From NCBI RefSeq assembly GCF_000195855.1, contig NC_002677.1, positions 2,340,001-2,372,000 of the forward strand: a stretch of DNA of 32,000 nt, given 5' to 3'. A model generated the notes under the pieces. The model was not told where the DNA came from and ran no database searches. It saw only the letters and a list, made by a program, of their open reading frames with translations. The DNA comes from Mycobacterium leprae TN (GTDB lineage Bacteria; Actinomycetota; Actinomycetes; Mycobacteriales; Mycobacteriaceae). The position numbers and the translations under genes are program-made. Of the stretch, positions 1 to 13,499 are shown in pieces; within the stretch, counting starts at the first letter, position 1, and each line of letters opens with the position of its first letter.

Positions 1-97
1 ACCAGAGTTCCTCGTTTGCGAAGTGTCGAGCCATGTTGTCTTTCACCACAGGCTCAAGCTGAAGGATCAATGCGTTAGGTACAGGTTTCTGTGCCAT
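1..97 (-). CDS. desA2: acyl-ACP desaturase DesA2, 5' end only (gene continues past window start)
   Basis: Reverse-strand translation from ATG (complement of 95..97) gives MAQKPVPNALILQLEPVVKDNMARHFANEELW. This matches my recollection of the M. tuberculosis DesA2 (Rv1094) N-terminus MAQKPVADALTLELEPVVEANMTRH. It lies directly downstream of glyA, as in M. tuberculosis. It is too short for the ORF track. Confidence 0.7.
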   Translation of the reverse strand, partial: MAQKPVPNALILQLEPVVKDNMARHFANEELW

Positions 98-153
98 AAG
101 GTAACTGTAACCCGTTTACACAGTTTTTGTTAAATCAGAAGATTACGTGTAAC

Positions 154-2501
<2,348 letters not shown>

Positions 2502-2640
2502 CGCAAGAACAAACTGAGGCGGGTCAGCGGCTCGAGTTGGTTAATCACCTCATATTTAGCGACCGGCCAGTGCAACCTCCGTTGTCCCGCCCGGCCAGTA
2601 ACCAGTAACTTGTCCGTTTAGACTTCAAGGTGTCGTCGTG

Positions 2641-3335
2641 ATGGTCATTTGGTGGTTATTTTTTGCTGGTTTGGTTTGGGTGGTGTTGTGGTGGGCTGGT
2701 GGGGTGTGGGTGGTTGATCTGCGCTAGAAGGTTGCCGTATGTGCCGCCGACGGCCGGATCATCGATGCACTGTTCACTAACACGATACTGCTGCACCCGG
2801 CGGCATGCCTGCTTGCTGGCTGAGGGCCGGTCAACAAGCCGCCGACACCGATACCAGCGGCAGAAATGGTGCAAGGGATAACATCAGGTGCGAATAGTTA
2901 TACCGTGCACGGGGACGTGCCTGTTCAGGTGCGGCCACATTGACCACGCCGACACCTCAAGGCCATGACATGCACACTAAAACGCCCCTACCCCGCGGCG
3001 CTAACAACTACCCTCACACCCACGCCTGCATCGATATCGCCTTCAGCACAGCCCAGGTGCCCAGCCCCTGGCATCATCAACATGTAGACCAAGCAGCACC
3101 CACCACCGACATGCTTACGTGCGCCGCGCTAATCGTGTCCACTGCGGCAAAGCACACGAAGCCTCATCGAAAGCAGGCAGTCAGCCACCCACCAACAAAA
3201 ACCCCGCAACACAGCAAAACACGTCAACAGGATTCCGGGCTGCCCCCCACGACTACCGAACATATCGGCCAGTCATAAAACGCAAAAACAGCCATTTCAC
3301 CCACCACCGACAAAACACCCACAACACCCTAGAAC
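2641..3335 (+). repeat. RLEP dispersed repeat (M. leprae-specific), apparently full length at about 0.69 kb
   Basis: There are exact matches to RLEP assay oligos as I recall them. The LP2 primer CACCGATACCAGCGGCAGAA is at 2846-2865, and the reverse complement of LP1 TGCATGTCATGGCCTTGAGG is at 2955-2974, giving a 129-bp amplicon. The TaqMan primers and probe match at 2722-2744, 2745-2765 and 2767-2792. On the + strand the left part is GT-rich and the right part CA-rich, ending ...CACCCACAACACCCTAGAAC at 3335. The left boundary (about 2641-2650) is approximate. Strand is given relative to the RT-sense orientation of the related element at 13508-15896. Confidence 0.95.
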
Positions 3336-4291
3336 GATGATCGCAGATCCCGGGTAATCACGGCCCGCTCAGCCAGCTCATCGTCAGGTGGATAATCCAC
3401 GCGAATAAACGTCAAGCCATGTGCCGGCGCAGTTGTGAAGTCGCTGGACCGGCTTGCCTTTGTGAGCAACTCACCACACCAGCCGATGGTGCGTCGGTGA
3501 TCACCCACAGCCAGCAACGCTCCGATCAGCGACCGCACCATCGACCAGCAAAATGCATCAGCAGTGATATGGGCGGTGATCAAATATCCTTCTCGCGACC
3601 ATTCCAGCCGCTGTAACTCACGAATGGTGGTAGCACCGTGGCGATGACGGCAAAACACCGCAAAGTCACGTAGCCCCAACAAATCTCGCGATGCAGCGGA
3701 CATAGAATCCAGATCCAGTTCACGAGGCCAAGCAGTGACGTAGCGCGCCTGGTTCGGCTGAACTCCGTAGGGTGCCGTCGATAACCGATACCGATAATGC
3801 CGCCGCAAGGCTGAAAACCTGGCATCGAATCCTACTGGTGCACAGGCTATATCGAGAACTCGGACGTCAACAGGCAGGAGCCGGCTGAGACGCCGCAGCA
3901 GAGGCAGGAATTCCGGATCACCGGTATGTGGTGAGCGTGGATTGGCTTTCGACAAGGCAGTTCCGGGAATATCTACATGGGCCACCTGCCCGGTGGCGTG
4001 TACGCCTGTGTCGGTGCGCCCGGCAGCGCGCAGTCGCACCGGTGTGCGGAAAACAGTCGTGAAAGCTTCATCCAGCACGCCAGCGACTGTGCGCTGTCCC
4101 GCTTGGACCGCCCATCCTGCGAAATCGGTTCCGTCGTAGGCGATGTCGAGCCGAAGACGGACATCCTCACTAATGTTCGGCGGCCTTGTCAGGCTCGCTG
4201 GTGTAGGCCACCTCGTCCGACGTGGCTTCGACCTCCTCCTCTTGAGCCGGCTTCTCTTGGGCCTGCGCTGCTTTGGCCGAAGCGGCGGCAA
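3329..4291 (-). CDS. truA: tRNA pseudouridine(38-40) synthase TruA (start codon uncertain)
   Basis: The ORF contains [20 protein letters not shown]...[19 protein letters not shown] (catalytic Asp motif)...[11 protein letters not shown] and is collinear with M. tuberculosis Rv3455c as recalled. The only in-frame canonical-type starts are TTG at 4291, inside rplQ, or GTG at 4078, which would remove the conserved N-terminal strand. The stop codon TAG (3329-3331) lies inside the RLEP terminal CTAGAAC. Confidence 0.85.
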
Positions 4292-4682
4292 CTCGGCGGG
4301 CTCGGTCGGCCTCGGACGTTACCGTCTTCTCCCGCACTAGTTCGATCACAGCCATCGGAGCGTTGTCACCCTTACGCGCCTCGACCTTTATAATACGGGT
4401 GTATCCGCCATCGCGATCGGAGAAGAATGGCCCGATCTCCGCGAACAGGGCGTGCACCACATCCTTGTCGGGGAGCTTTTTCAGGACCTCTCGACGGTTG
4501 TGCAGTGTGCCCTTTTTCGCGTGCGTTATTAGCTTCTCCGCATACGGCCGCAGCGCACGAGCCTTTGGCTCGGTCGTCTTGATCCGGCCGTGCTCGAACA
4601 GCGACGCGGCCAGGTTGGTCAGAAGGGCCTTTTGGTGCGAAGACGAGCCACCGAGGCGAGGGCCCTTGGTGGGCTTGGGCAT
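4170..4682 (-). CDS. rplQ: 50S ribosomal protein L17
   Basis: From the ATG at 4682 the product reads [42 protein letters not shown]...GGYTRIIK (170 aa), with an acidic/Ala-rich actinobacterial C-terminal tail. It lies downstream of rpoA as expected. Confidence 0.95.
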
Positions 4683-4705
4683 TGCTGACACTCCTGTCTG
4701 TTCTG

Positions 4706-5776
<1,071 letters not shown>

Positions 5777-5833
5777 CTATTTGATGCCGTTAGGTTTCCC
5801 GCCGGTGCGGATGCAGCGGCGGGAGTCTGCACT

Positions 5834-6439
5834 CTACTTCGAGTAGTACTCGACGATCAGCTGCTCGATGAGCGGCACTTCAATCTGCACACGCTCGGGC
5901 AATTGGTGGATCAGGATGCGTTGATGCTCACCAACGACCTGCAACCAGCTCGGGATCGGTCGGTCACCCACTGTCTCCCGCGCGATTTGGAACGGCACCG
6001 TATCTAGCGACTTGTCCCGAATATCGATAATGTCGTACTGCGACACCCGGTAGCTGGGGACATTGACATGCACGCCGTTGACGCTGAAGTGCCCGTGGCT
6101 GACAAGCTGACGGGCCATCCGGCGGGTGCGCGCCAGTCCGGCACGGTAGATCACGTTATCGAGCCGACTTTCCAGGATCTTCAGCAATTCCTCACCCGTC
6201 TTACCAGGTTGCCGCACAGCCTCTTCGTAGTAACGGCGGAACTGCTTTTCCATTACGCCGTAGGTGAAGCGGGCCTTCTGCTTCTCCTGCAGCTGCAGCA
6301 GATATTCACTTTCCTTGATCCGCGCGCGGCCGTGCTGGCCGGGCGGGTAAGGACGCTTCTCGAACGCCTGATCGCCGCCGACGAGGTCGATACGCAGCCG
6401 GCGCGATTTGCGGGTGATGGGTCCAGTGTAACGAGCCAT
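5834..6439 (-). CDS. rpsD: 30S ribosomal protein S4
   Basis: The 201-aa product MARYTGPITRKSRRLRIDLVGG...YLLQLQEKQKARFTYG matches the S4 family and sits in the conserved operon position. Confidence 0.97.
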   Translation of the reverse strand: MARYTGPITRKSRRLRIDLVGGDQAFEKRPYPPGQHGRARIKESEYLLQLQEKQKARFTYGVMEKQFRRYYEEAVRQPGKTGEELLKILESRLDNVIYRAGLARTRRMARQLVSHGHFSVNGVHVNVPSYRVSQYDIIDIRDKSLDTVPFQIARETVGDRPIPSWLQVVGEHQRILIHQLPERVQIEVPLIEQLIVEYYSK

Positions 6440-6472
6440 GATTATCTCCTAGCCCCCCTAAATAAACTAATA

Positions 6473-6889
6473 CTAGACTCTTCTGCGCTTGGGTGGACGG
6501 CAGCCATTGTGCGGCTGGGGGGTGACGTCAGAGATCGCGCCGACCTCTAGGCCAGCAGCCTGCAGCGACCGGATCGCAGTCTCCCGGCCCGAGCCCGGGC
6601 CCATCACGAATACGTCGACCTTGCGCACCCCGTGCTCCTGAGCCTTGCGTGCGGCGTTCTCAGCAGCCAACTGCGCGGCGAACGGAGTCGATTTCCGCGA
6701 TCCTTTGAAGCCAACGTGGCCCGATGACGCCCAGGCAATGACGTTACCCTGCTGGTCAGTAATGGTCACGATCGTATTGTTGAAGGTGCTCTTAATATGC
6801 GCAGCACCGTATGGGATATTCTTCTTTTCCCGCTTACGGGTCTTCTGTCCCTTCTTGGGACCCGCTGCGTTTGCCTTCTTCGGCGGCAT
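6473..6889 (-). CDS. rpsK: 30S ribosomal protein S11
   Basis: The 138-aa product contains ...[46 protein letters not shown]..., a canonical S11. Confidence 0.97.
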   Translation of the reverse strand: MPPKKANAAGPKKGQKTRKREKKNIPYGAAHIKSTFNNTIVTITDQQGNVIAWASSGHVGFKGSRKSTPFAAQLAAENAARKAQEHGVRKVDVFVMGPGSGRETAIRSLQAAGLEVGAISDVTPQPHNGCRPPKRRRV

Positions 6890-6892
6890 GGG

Positions 6893-7267
6893 TTACCTGG
6901 CCTTCTTCTTGCCTGCAATGGTGCGCTTGGGGCCTTTGCGGGTCCGCGCGTTGGTTTTGGTCCGCTGGCCACGCACCGGCAGGCCGCGGCGGTGTCGCAA
7001 ACCTTGGTAACAGCCGATCTCCATCTTGCGGCGGATATCGGCCTGCACCTCGCGACGCAAGTCACCTTCCACCTTGAGATTAGCTTCGATGTAGTCGCGC
7101 AGGTGGGTCAGCTGGTCATCGGTGAGATCCCTGGTCCGTAGGTCCCGTTCAATGCCGGTGGCCTCTAAAATTTCGTTGGCACGGGTGCGTCCAATACCAT
7201 AGATGTAGGTCAGGGCGACCTCCATCCGCTTGTCGCGCGGCAGGTCGACGCCGACTAGTCGAGCCAT
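6893..7267 (-). CDS. rpsM: 30S ribosomal protein S13
   Basis: The 124-aa product [30 protein letters not shown]... is a canonical S13. Its stop is 3 nt upstream of the rpsK start. Confidence 0.97.
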   Translation of the reverse strand: MARLVGVDLPRDKRMEVALTYIYGIGRTRANEILEATGIERDLRTRDLTDDQLTHLRDYIEANLKVEGDLRREVQADIRRKMEIGCYQGLRHRRGLPVRGQRTKTNARTRKGPKRTIAGKKKAR

Positions 7268-7443
7268 AGGTGGTAGTTCCTTTTATCTCAAACGAAGGTT
7301 TGTCCCCAGCCCGTTCCCTGCGCCCAAAAAAGATTTGGGTACGAGGCCCGGCCTCCGTCCGGGCGTAGCTGAGCGGACCATCTGATCGATGCCAGCCGCA
7401 CAGTAGGACTGGGAGGTCTGCTTTCAGTTGTTTGCGCTAAAAA

Positions 7444-7557
7444 CTACCCTTGTCGCTGCTTGTGCCGCGGATCCACGCAAATCACCATGACCCGCCTATG
7501 CCGACGGATAACCCTGCACTTGTCGCACATGGGCTTTACACTCGGGTTCACCTTCAC
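7444..7557 (-). CDS. rpmJ: 50S ribosomal protein L36
   Basis: Manual reverse translation from GTG (complement of 7555..7557) gives [37 protein letters not shown] (37 aa), a canonical L36 located between infA and rpsM. It is below the ORF-track size cut-off. Confidence 0.9.
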   Translation of the reverse strand: MKVNPSVKPMCDKCRVIRRHRRVMVICVDPRHKQRQG

Positions 7558-7596
7558 GGCAGTCTCTAATACCTCTTCTCCGGTCTGGATGTTTTT

Positions 7597-7818
7597 TTAC
7601 TTGTATCGGTACACAATGCGTCCCCGGGACAAATCATAGGGTGACAACTCCACCACCACCCGGTCCTCAGGCAGTATGCGGATGTAATGCTGCCGCATTT
7701 TACCGCTGATGTGGGCGAGGACCTTGTGACCGTTCTCCAGCTCAATGCGAAACATCGCATTGGGCAGAGGTTCGACCACACGACCTTCGACCTCGATAGC
7801 ACCATCCTTTTTGGCCAT
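7597..7818 (-). CDS. infA: translation initiation factor IF-1
   Basis: The 73-aa product [73 protein letters not shown] is a canonical IF-1. Confidence 0.97.
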
Positions 7819-8329
7819 TACCTACTGGCTGTCCTTACTCTTCCCGCTCGTCCCAGTCTGGATACCCTGATCGGCGCAACATTCACTCCAAAACTTATAA
7901 CGTGAGCCGATAACTGGAAATTCCAGAACTGAACACGCAAAAAGTCGTCGCGATGAAGCACCGTTTGCCCTACAATACCCCGTCATTCGGCTTCACCAAA
8001 ATTGTCGCTAAATGCACGGCACCGGGTGGAATAGGACCGGAGTAAGGGCAGCATGCCGTCGGGTGGTGTCCACCATGACCGACTCTAGATACCCGTGCTC
8101 GTGCCAGTGTTAAAGCCAACAATACTAGTCTACGCCGTGGTCGCCTATGACACTCCGTACGCGATCGCAGTGCATCGGCGCCAGCACTTCGAGACCAGCG
8201 CCGACCACGTCCCTGTTTAAGTCCTCACCTAAAAGGAGGATCACCTGGCTTCAGCACTGGCCGAACTGACAGGGCCGCTCTGACTGATTCACCTGTGACC
8301 AGGCCCTTACCTGGTTAACGTTCCGCTAG

Positions 8330-9334
<1,005 letters not shown>

Positions 9335-9335
9335 A

Positions 9336-9944
9336 ATGAACGTCAAAGAACTGGATATCTCGGGCGCCTGGGAGATCACCCCTACTATTCATAGCGATTC
9401 CCGCGGAATGTTTTTCGAATGGCTCACAGCCAGTAGGTTCAGCGCATTCACCGGTCACCGCTTAGACGTCCGGCAAGCCAACTGCTCGGTGTCCTCGGCC
9501 GGTGTGTTGCGGGGCCTGCATTTCGCTCAAGTGCCACCGAGCCAGGCCAAATATGTTACCTGCGTGACCGGTTCGGTGTTCGATGTCGTAGTCGATATCC
9601 GTTTAGGATCACCAACATTCGGCTGTTGGACCTCAATTACGCTCAACGACTCCAACCGGAAGACCATTTATATCTCCGAGAGTCTCGCACACGGATTCCT
9701 TGCACTGCAAGATAATTCTACAGTTATGTACCTATGCTCTGCTGAATACAACCCTGCGCGCGAACACGCCATCTGCGCCACGGATCCGGACCTGGCAATC
9801 GACTGGCCGGTGGTCGACGGTGTTGACACGCACTTGTCCAAGCGTGATGCCACAGCCCCCAATCTTGATGACATACGCGCGTCTGGACTACTGCCGACCT
9901 GGGATGAAACGCAGAATTTTATCGCCAACCTCGGCAGCAAATAG
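9336..9944 (+). CDS. rmlC: dTDP-4-dehydrorhamnose 3,5-epimerase
   Basis: The 202-aa product contains ...DSRGMFFEW...GVLRGLHFAQVPPSQAKYVTCVTGSVFDVVVDIR.., matching the RmlC cupin family. Its ATG is 1 nt after the rmlB stop, suggesting translational coupling. Confidence 0.95.
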   Translation: MNVKELDISGAWEITPTIHSDSRGMFFEWLTASRFSAFTGHRLDVRQANCSVSSAGVLRGLHFAQVPPSQAKYVTCVTGSVFDVVVDIRLGSPTFGCWTSITLNDSNRKTIYISESLAHGFLALQDNSTVMYLCSAEYNPAREHAICATDPDLAIDWPVVDGVDTHLSKRDATAPNLDDIRASGLLPTWDETQNFIANLGSK

Positions 9945-9988
9945 CAACGCGGCCATCACAAGTTACTACCGACATAAGGAGAATTTTG

Positions 9989-10474
9989 GTGAGGCATAAG
10001 TTATTGGCCGCCATCTACGCCGTCACGATCATGGCCGGCGCGGCGGGCTGCAGCGGGGGCACGCAGGCTCCCACCCCTTCGGTGAGCAAAACCACAAACT
10101 CCAGCCCCACAACCGTAGCGAGCAGCATTCCCGACGCAGCAGCCGGAGAAACGAAGGTCACCATCGGCGGCCAGCCACAAAAAGTCAGTGGCCCGGTCGT
10201 GTGCTCAACTACAAACGGCAAGTTCTCGATCGCGATCGGTGACATGATCACCGGAGTCATCGTTGGCTTGGAGCCGGACGCATCGGTGGTCCATAACGCC
10301 GGCCTCGGCACCATAGACGGTGTGGTCATAGCCTTCACCGAGGGCGTCCCCAGCGAGAACGCCAATGCCACCAAAAACGGCAACACATACCAAATCACCG
10401 GTACAGCCAGCGGTGTAGACAATACCGGCCAGCAGATCCATAAGTCTTTCGAAATCGAAGTCACCTGCCGCTAA
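9989..10474 (+). CDS. lpqH: lipoprotein of the mycobacterial 19-kDa antigen (LpqH) family
   Basis: A signal peptide and lipobox (AIYAVTIMAGAAG-C-SGG) are followed by a C-terminus ATKNGNTYQITGTASGVDNTGQQIHKSFEIEVTC. This closely matches M. tuberculosis LpqH (ATKDGSHYKITGTATGVD...VNKSFEIEVTC) as recalled. The SD AAGGAGA at 9976-9982 favours the GTG at 9989; the TTG at 9986 is also possible. The gene symbol is by family resemblance and orthology is unverified. Confidence 0.85.
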   Translation: MRHKLLAAIYAVTIMAGAAGCSGGTQAPTPSVSKTTNSSPTTVASSIPDAAAGETKVTIGGQPQKVSGPVVCSTTNGKFSIAIGDMITGVIVGLEPDASVVHNAGLGTIDGVVIAFTEGVPSENANATKNGNTYQITGTASGVDNTGQQIHKSFEIEVTCR

Positions 10475-11227
10475 CACCGGTTGCCGAACCTCGCCACCTG
10501 GTCACCAACCGGCCGGCCCCTGAGCAAATTTGTGCCCGTTATCGATCTACCTGGGCACGAGGGCGGTGCCCCGGGTACACTCTCAGAGAGCCACTTCAGA
10601 TCGACTCCGCAAGATGCCCGAAAAGTTCGGCCATGGCAGCCGATGTCCATGCAGGTCCAATTCACGAACAACAGAGCAAGCCGCACATGGGGCTAATCGT
10701 TCCTACCGGCCAACCACAGCAATAGAATGAAAACTATACTGGCATTAGGCGACAACGTATTAGCCTTTTCGACCACACGGCACGTGTGTGTATCACGATG
10801 TAGAGCTGCGACAACACCTTGACTGCTAAGTCGCCGAATTTCTTTATCTCCCTATGATTTTCATAGGGAGAATGCCACAGGCGATTCATGGCTTGCTGCA
10901 TCGGTAACCATAAGACCTTCGGAGTCTTGATGCCAACCTGCGCGGCTGCCGCACCGCTTCAGAGTGCACCGGTGTAATTACGGTATCAACCACCGTGACA
11001 GTTCTCACCTGGCTACACCACCACGGCATCGATACCAGTATCGTGCGCGTTCTCGCATGCCGATTAACTCACCGATCTACCGGCTACCGAAAAGACACTG
11101 GGTCAGTTAAGGCTGTGGAATCAACTCAAGTATCCGCGTTGTCGACGGAACCACCAGCATGACTGCTTGTTCTCCTTACCAGTTTGACACCAATGACATT
11201 ATAACCACCATGCGCGATACTTAGCTC

Positions 11228-12600
11228 TCAAGTATATTCTAGCGTCTTCGGAGGTAGTGGGATACATGCCCGAAATGCTATCACCACATTGAGAAAGCAA
11301 TTCCCTGGGCAGGGGTTGTACATGTCGAATTCGTGTGCAGTGTAGTGGCTTTGACTCACGTTGGATGACCCAAAACCATTAGCGGGTTTGTGATAAACCC
11401 AATACGCGGTTGTCGTAGACGCAAGCTCGAGGGCACTGTTAGCACTGCTACTGGCCAAGAGTAACATCGCCGTTACCCTCGTGAAGCACGACGACAAGCT
11501 GATTATAGCAGCCGAAGCGTCCACCTCTCATCCATCAACGTTGAATCTCCTTAGAACACTCGTACCTGAGCGCACTTCCGACACCTAGGCCATCACCGTG
11601 ACCTAAGTGCAGTGGCGCTACAACCGCAGAGACATTCGCGCGGAACTTGATTACCGGTTACTCGCCATAGTGCAATACTAACAGCCCGGGTTAAACGGCC
11701 AGGAAATCGACATTCATGGTCTGATAGCCGCCAGCATCGCTACATCCTTGCGGACGCTCTCAGTGGAGGTTCCTGTAGCAGTATGCTATCAAATCAATTA
11801 TAGTGCAAATGCTTGGGCGAAAATGGTCACTAACGTTGCGGAACCGCAAGCGATAGCGTCGGCCAGCCACAATGTCAGGCGCTGACTGATGTAGCATCCA
11901 TTGCGAACGGAGTGCCTTTGATGGTCCAGATGTTGAACTCATTGCTGTCGACGGTGCTTTTCTCGATGAGCATGTCAATAACGTAATCGATCGGCGGGAC
12001 GATACGGTCCGGTGGTGGTGACAACGGCTGGGGGCGTGGGCGCCGCAACGACTAGTATATTCGACGACAATACCCATGCCTGCTTGATGATCCTCGTCGG
12101 AAAGGTACCCAAGATCCAGTTACCGGAATTACTCATTTCCTTTCCACGATCGCAGGAGATGCGTTCGGTAGCGACCAGCCACAACGCTTGCACCGTAACG
12201 GGTTTAGTCACCAGGTTGCCATCGAGTCATTATCACGGCAACGGTAAAAGGTGTGCCTAGACAGGGCAAGACTGCAGTTTTCGGTGGCGCTGCCATTGAG
12301 CACGTGCATCAGAACCCGCTGTCCTGATTGATACACGGATCAGATCGCCATGGCCAAGACTACGACCATTGACGGTAAAGGGTGTCGTAGCCAATCTCGT
12401 AGCCGTGCGGTGTTCCCAAAGCCAACGAGTGGCCATGGCCCACTCCACGTCGTAGCGCAACTCTGTGATCAGGGCACTAACGAGAAAAAAGCTGGGCATA
12501 TCGCTGGCCCAGCTTGGGCCCGAACTCCTTAAGAGTTAGGAACACTTTAACTAGTCGTAAGCGCTCAACTGCTCCGTTTGCGTAAATCACGTCTATGAAC
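11228..12600 (-). pseudogene. multicopper oxidase pseudogene (MmcO/Rv0846c-like)
   Basis: Homology is split over several minus-strand frames. Fragments are TTPFTVNGRSLGHGDLIRVSI (cf. TYGNTIPGPLIRATVGD), SGNWILGTFPT..QAWVLSSNILV (cf. GTYWAHPH...GL.G), NIWTIKGTPF (cf. YDWTINGEPY), GRRYRLRFRNVSDHFRP.I..HLHYN (cf. HPIHLHGH) and a C-terminus MYNPCPGNCFLNVVIAFRACIPLPPKTLEYT* (cf. ADNPGVWVMHCHNNYHQVAGMATRLDYIL*). Copper-ligand His/Cys residues are mutated, and stops and frameshifts are present. Confidence 0.7.
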
Positions 12601-12614
12601 GAGCCGAACTGGCA

Positions 12615-13090
12615 TCACCTGGCTGGCCGGCTAGACTGCGGCAAACCCCTGAACCAACCCGGTCTTATAGTGATTTCCGGCGACTTAGGCCACGAAGTCA
12701 CCTTCGACAACATATTCAACACGTCAATTGCATAGGTGCCCATTGCCTTAGCATTCCAGGCCCAGAACTGCGTATATTGCGCCTCGCGGGCTACGATCGC
12801 CAAAGCGTTCTCTCCGAACAGGTCGGACTGGACCAGCCCCTGCAATCTGGCGCGGTTACTAGGCGATCACCTCTGGAGACACCACAGTTTTACACGCTAA
12901 AAAGCAGGCCGCCCACCAGGCGGAAGGCTTGTTTAGCGGTCCGAAAGCTTTCGTGGACGAACGTATACAACCATTCCTGATAGAAGCACAAACACCTCGA
13001 CCAGCCGGTCCGCTGACTGACCTGACCACCCCGCATTCAGCTTCGTGAGCAATTCCTGAACAACTTTAGGGGTGCGAGCCATCTAGTTAA
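12615..13090 (-). pseudogene. PPE-family pseudogene (N-terminal domain fragment)
   Basis: LVQSDLFGENALAIVAREAQYTQFWAWNAKAMGTYA matches the PPE-domain signature L..TN.FGQNT.AIA..EA.Y..MWAQDA.AM..Y. The upstream part (ATG about 13090, MARTPKVVQELLTKLNAGWSGQSADR..) needs frameshifts and contains stops. The C-terminal domain is missing. Confidence 0.6.
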
Positions 13091-13310
13091 ACAACTACTT
13101 CCCTTTTTCGGTCGACGGCAAACAGTTTGTTAGGCCCCATGCCAGTATACAGGTCGTCTCCGACGATAACGCCTCGAATGCGAAAACATCTCTTTGTTCG
13201 TTATTCCTTACCGACCGGTAACGACTGCTGCTGGTATCGAAGTCTGCGGTGCAGGTATCGCCTTAAGTGAGATCAGACTAAAGGTTTCAGCGTGGGCTTC
13301 CCGAGGCAAT

Positions 13311-13499
13311 TTAATATGCAGTGGAGTTTATCGCCAAGACCTCTGAAAACTGGTTAAGAATCGCCATGCATCGAGCCAGAGTCTGCTGATACTGTTCGGC
13401 GTATATCCTCAGGTAAGCTCCCGCCTTCTGCAACAACGCGTCTATAGCTGCGGCCGTAACACCGTTCAGATCCGGGAACACCTGGGTAATTAGACTCAA
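13311..13499 (-). pseudogene. PE-family gene remnant (internally deleted, 62 codons)
   Basis: The N-terminus MSLITQVFPDL..AAAIDAL resembles the PE start MSFV(T)TQPEAL..AAA..L. The tail YAEQYQQTLARCMAILNQFSEVLAINSTAY resembles H...YQ..SAQAA..H.QFV..L......Y. About 35 residues of the roughly 100-aa PE domain are absent. It lies immediately upstream of the PPE remnant, the classic PE-PPE pair arrangement. Confidence 0.45.

Noticed and set aside
2656-3340. Several ORFs lie inside RLEP (2656..2874 -, 2663..2881 +, 2940..3278 +, 3119..3340 +), giving Pro/Thr/His-rich or Gly/Trp/Cys-rich peptides.
   Set aside because: They are products of strongly strand-biased GT/CA-rich composition. They have no start context or homology, they overlap on both strands, and RLEP is established as non-coding.
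8232-8285. A possible small ORF follows the strong SD AAAGGAGGA, reading LASALAELTGPL* if CTG is used.
   Set aside because: There is no canonical start codon, it is only 13 codons, and there is no homology. It is kept only as a note under the infA-rmlB gap finding.
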